A stretch of DNA of 64,000 bases from contig OU015569.1 in NCBI GenBank assembly GCA_907165135.1, forward strand, positions 10,292,001 to 10,356,000, written 5' to 3'. This DNA comes from Oikopleura dioica. Lineage: Eukaryota > Animalia > Chordata. Both the position numbers and the translations under genes were made by a program. Below, one piece after another: positions 62,604 through 64,000 of this stretch; within the stretch, counting starts at the first letter, position 1, and each line of letters opens with the position of its first letter. Under the pieces are notes generated by a model. That model made no database searches. It had not been told where the DNA came from and was given only the letters and a program-made list of their open reading frames with translations.

Positions 62604-63987
62604 TTATTCTTGAGATTGGCGTTCTGGAATTTTATACCAATCGTAGGCCAAGGCATCTTCCGCTGTGATCCGTGTCTCTACATCCGCGTCCATCAACGCC
62701 CTAAATGATGAGTAAAATCAGATGCTGGAAGCAGGTTTGTATTTACAGGGTTAGGGCCTTGAGATCGGGATGAGAACAAAAAGGCTCTCTGTCAGGAATA
62801 AGGTTCTTCATGTCTCGCTGTCTTGCAAGCATCACGTCTTTTGAAAGGGTTGAGGGAAAAGGTCTTCTCATGGTGACTATGATGAAAAGCACAAGCCCCA
62901 AGCTCCAGCAGTCTGCGATAAAGGGCTGGTAAGGCGTCTCGCTGATAAGTTCTGGAGCCATGTAGGAACGAGTCCCGCAATAATTCTCGGAGAGAGTATC
63001 ACGGTCAGCTCGTCTGGCGAATCCAAAGTCGGTCAGCACGGCTTTCAGGGGCTTTTTCTTTATAAAAAATATATTTTCAGCCTCAGATTGAAATTCATTA
63101 TGAAAATCTACTAGTTTCGAGGCCTAAGATTCTAGAACACCTTGCTCTCTAGAATCTAGAATCATTACGTTACCTCTTCGTTGAGTCGCAGAAGAATGTT
63201 GCTCAACTTGATGTCTGGGGTCGGCAACTTGCCACGAAATGTCGTGGCAAGACAAGGCAAGGCAAGTTACTTGCCATGGCAAGTTGATGGCAAGACAAGT
63301 AACTTGCCATGGCAAGTTGTAGAAATGGCTAGTTCTGGCAAGAAAATTTCAAGTAGTTTGCTAGTTTCTAACACAAGCGGAGATTCAGATCTTGTCCGAT
63401 GGGTCTTTGAGTAGTTCTTAAACCTCTGACCGACTGTCTTGTTGTTCATTCTCTGTGAAAACGACTTGATTTTCGTGAAAAAATGATTTTTGAGCATAAA
63501 CTCTACGGAAAAAACCAAGGAAAATGGACCTAGACATGTACTTGCCATCAACTTGCCAGGAGACTTCCTTTGGCAAGACAAGGCAAGGCAAGTACTTGCC
63601 TTGCCAAACTTGCCATTTACCTTGCCATTGGCAAGTTGGCAAGTGGCAAGTTGCCGACCCCAGCTTGATGTCTCGGTGAGCAATACCATTTTTATGGAGA
63701 TAAACGACTCCCTCCGTGATATGTCGGAACATTTTTTTGCACATACTTGGTCGAAGCCGTCCATGGTCTGCGAGATAGGTTGAAAAGTCCTCCTCGTAAA
63801 GTTCTAACAAATTGTCTCGTATTTTTAACATGTCAACCGTTTGTCAATGTACCTGTAACGATGAAAATGGTGTCGTTAGGCTCATAATATCCGGAAAAAA
63901 GTGAAAATGTCAGGTTTTTATGCCAAACAGTTTCGGCGACCTCAAGTTCGCGGAAGAGTTGGCGCTCTCCCTGGCCTCCTTGGAAGT
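62604..63987 (-). CDS. Testis-specific serine kinase (TSSK)-like CAMK kinase, 5'-truncated by the window end and interrupted by a hAT MITE
   Basis: EGVVYLHKNGIAHRDIKL(S)NILL, LTDFGFARR, ENYCGTRSYMAPE, PYQPFIADCWSLG; the DFGFAR...CG..SY.APE and PYQP pattern is TSSK-like. Confidence 0.85.
63215..63663. mobile_element. hAT-type MITE (449 bp) inserted in kinase catalytic-loop codons
   Basis: Perfect 21-bp TIRs CTGGGGTCGGCAACTTGCCAC; exact 8-bp TSD CTTGATGT (63207-63214, 63664-63671); many subterminal CTTGCC/GGCAAG repeats. Confidence 0.95.
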
Positions 63988-64000
63988 CTAAAAACAAAAT

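Noticed and set aside
63267-63783. ORFs with repeated LPWQV/CLA peptides
   Set aside because: Translation products of the MITE's CTTGCC/GGCAAG subterminal repeats.

Overview
Eukaryotic, gene-dense chordate DNA. It is almost certainly from the larvacean tunicate Oikopleura (O. dioica-like): introns are often only 30-60 bp, several have GA-AG or GC-AG ends, and same-strand genes lie as little as 53 bp apart with pyrimidine-rich AG acceptors just before the ATG (SL trans-spliced operons). Genes reconstructed by hand: a divergent homeobox gene; a minus-strand operon-like run CSTF3 - SEC61B - ankyrin-repeat protein - MRPL10 - Golgi alpha-1,2-mannosidase; an HS3ST-like sulfotransferase head-to-head with a CYP2-clan P450; a highly divergent dystroglycan-like type I membrane protein; a frameshifted ARF/ARL GTPase; a second operon-like run ATXN10 - MRPL18 - XPO5; a novel-class PKC; an intron-containing H2B variant; and a TSSK-like kinase. 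At least eight non-autonomous DNA-transposon or inverted-repeat elements are present (hAT, Tc1/mariner, Kolobok-like, foldback). Top leads: (1) a fresh hAT MITE sits in the TSSK catalytic-loop codons and could be spliced out as a new GT-AG intron that restores HRDIKLGN; (2) the dystroglycan-like gene has lost the SEA G/S autoproteolysis motif; (3) five GA-AG introns are pinned by gap-free protein alignment. All protein identities come from remembered motifs, not database searches, and exon boundaries are hand-derived.
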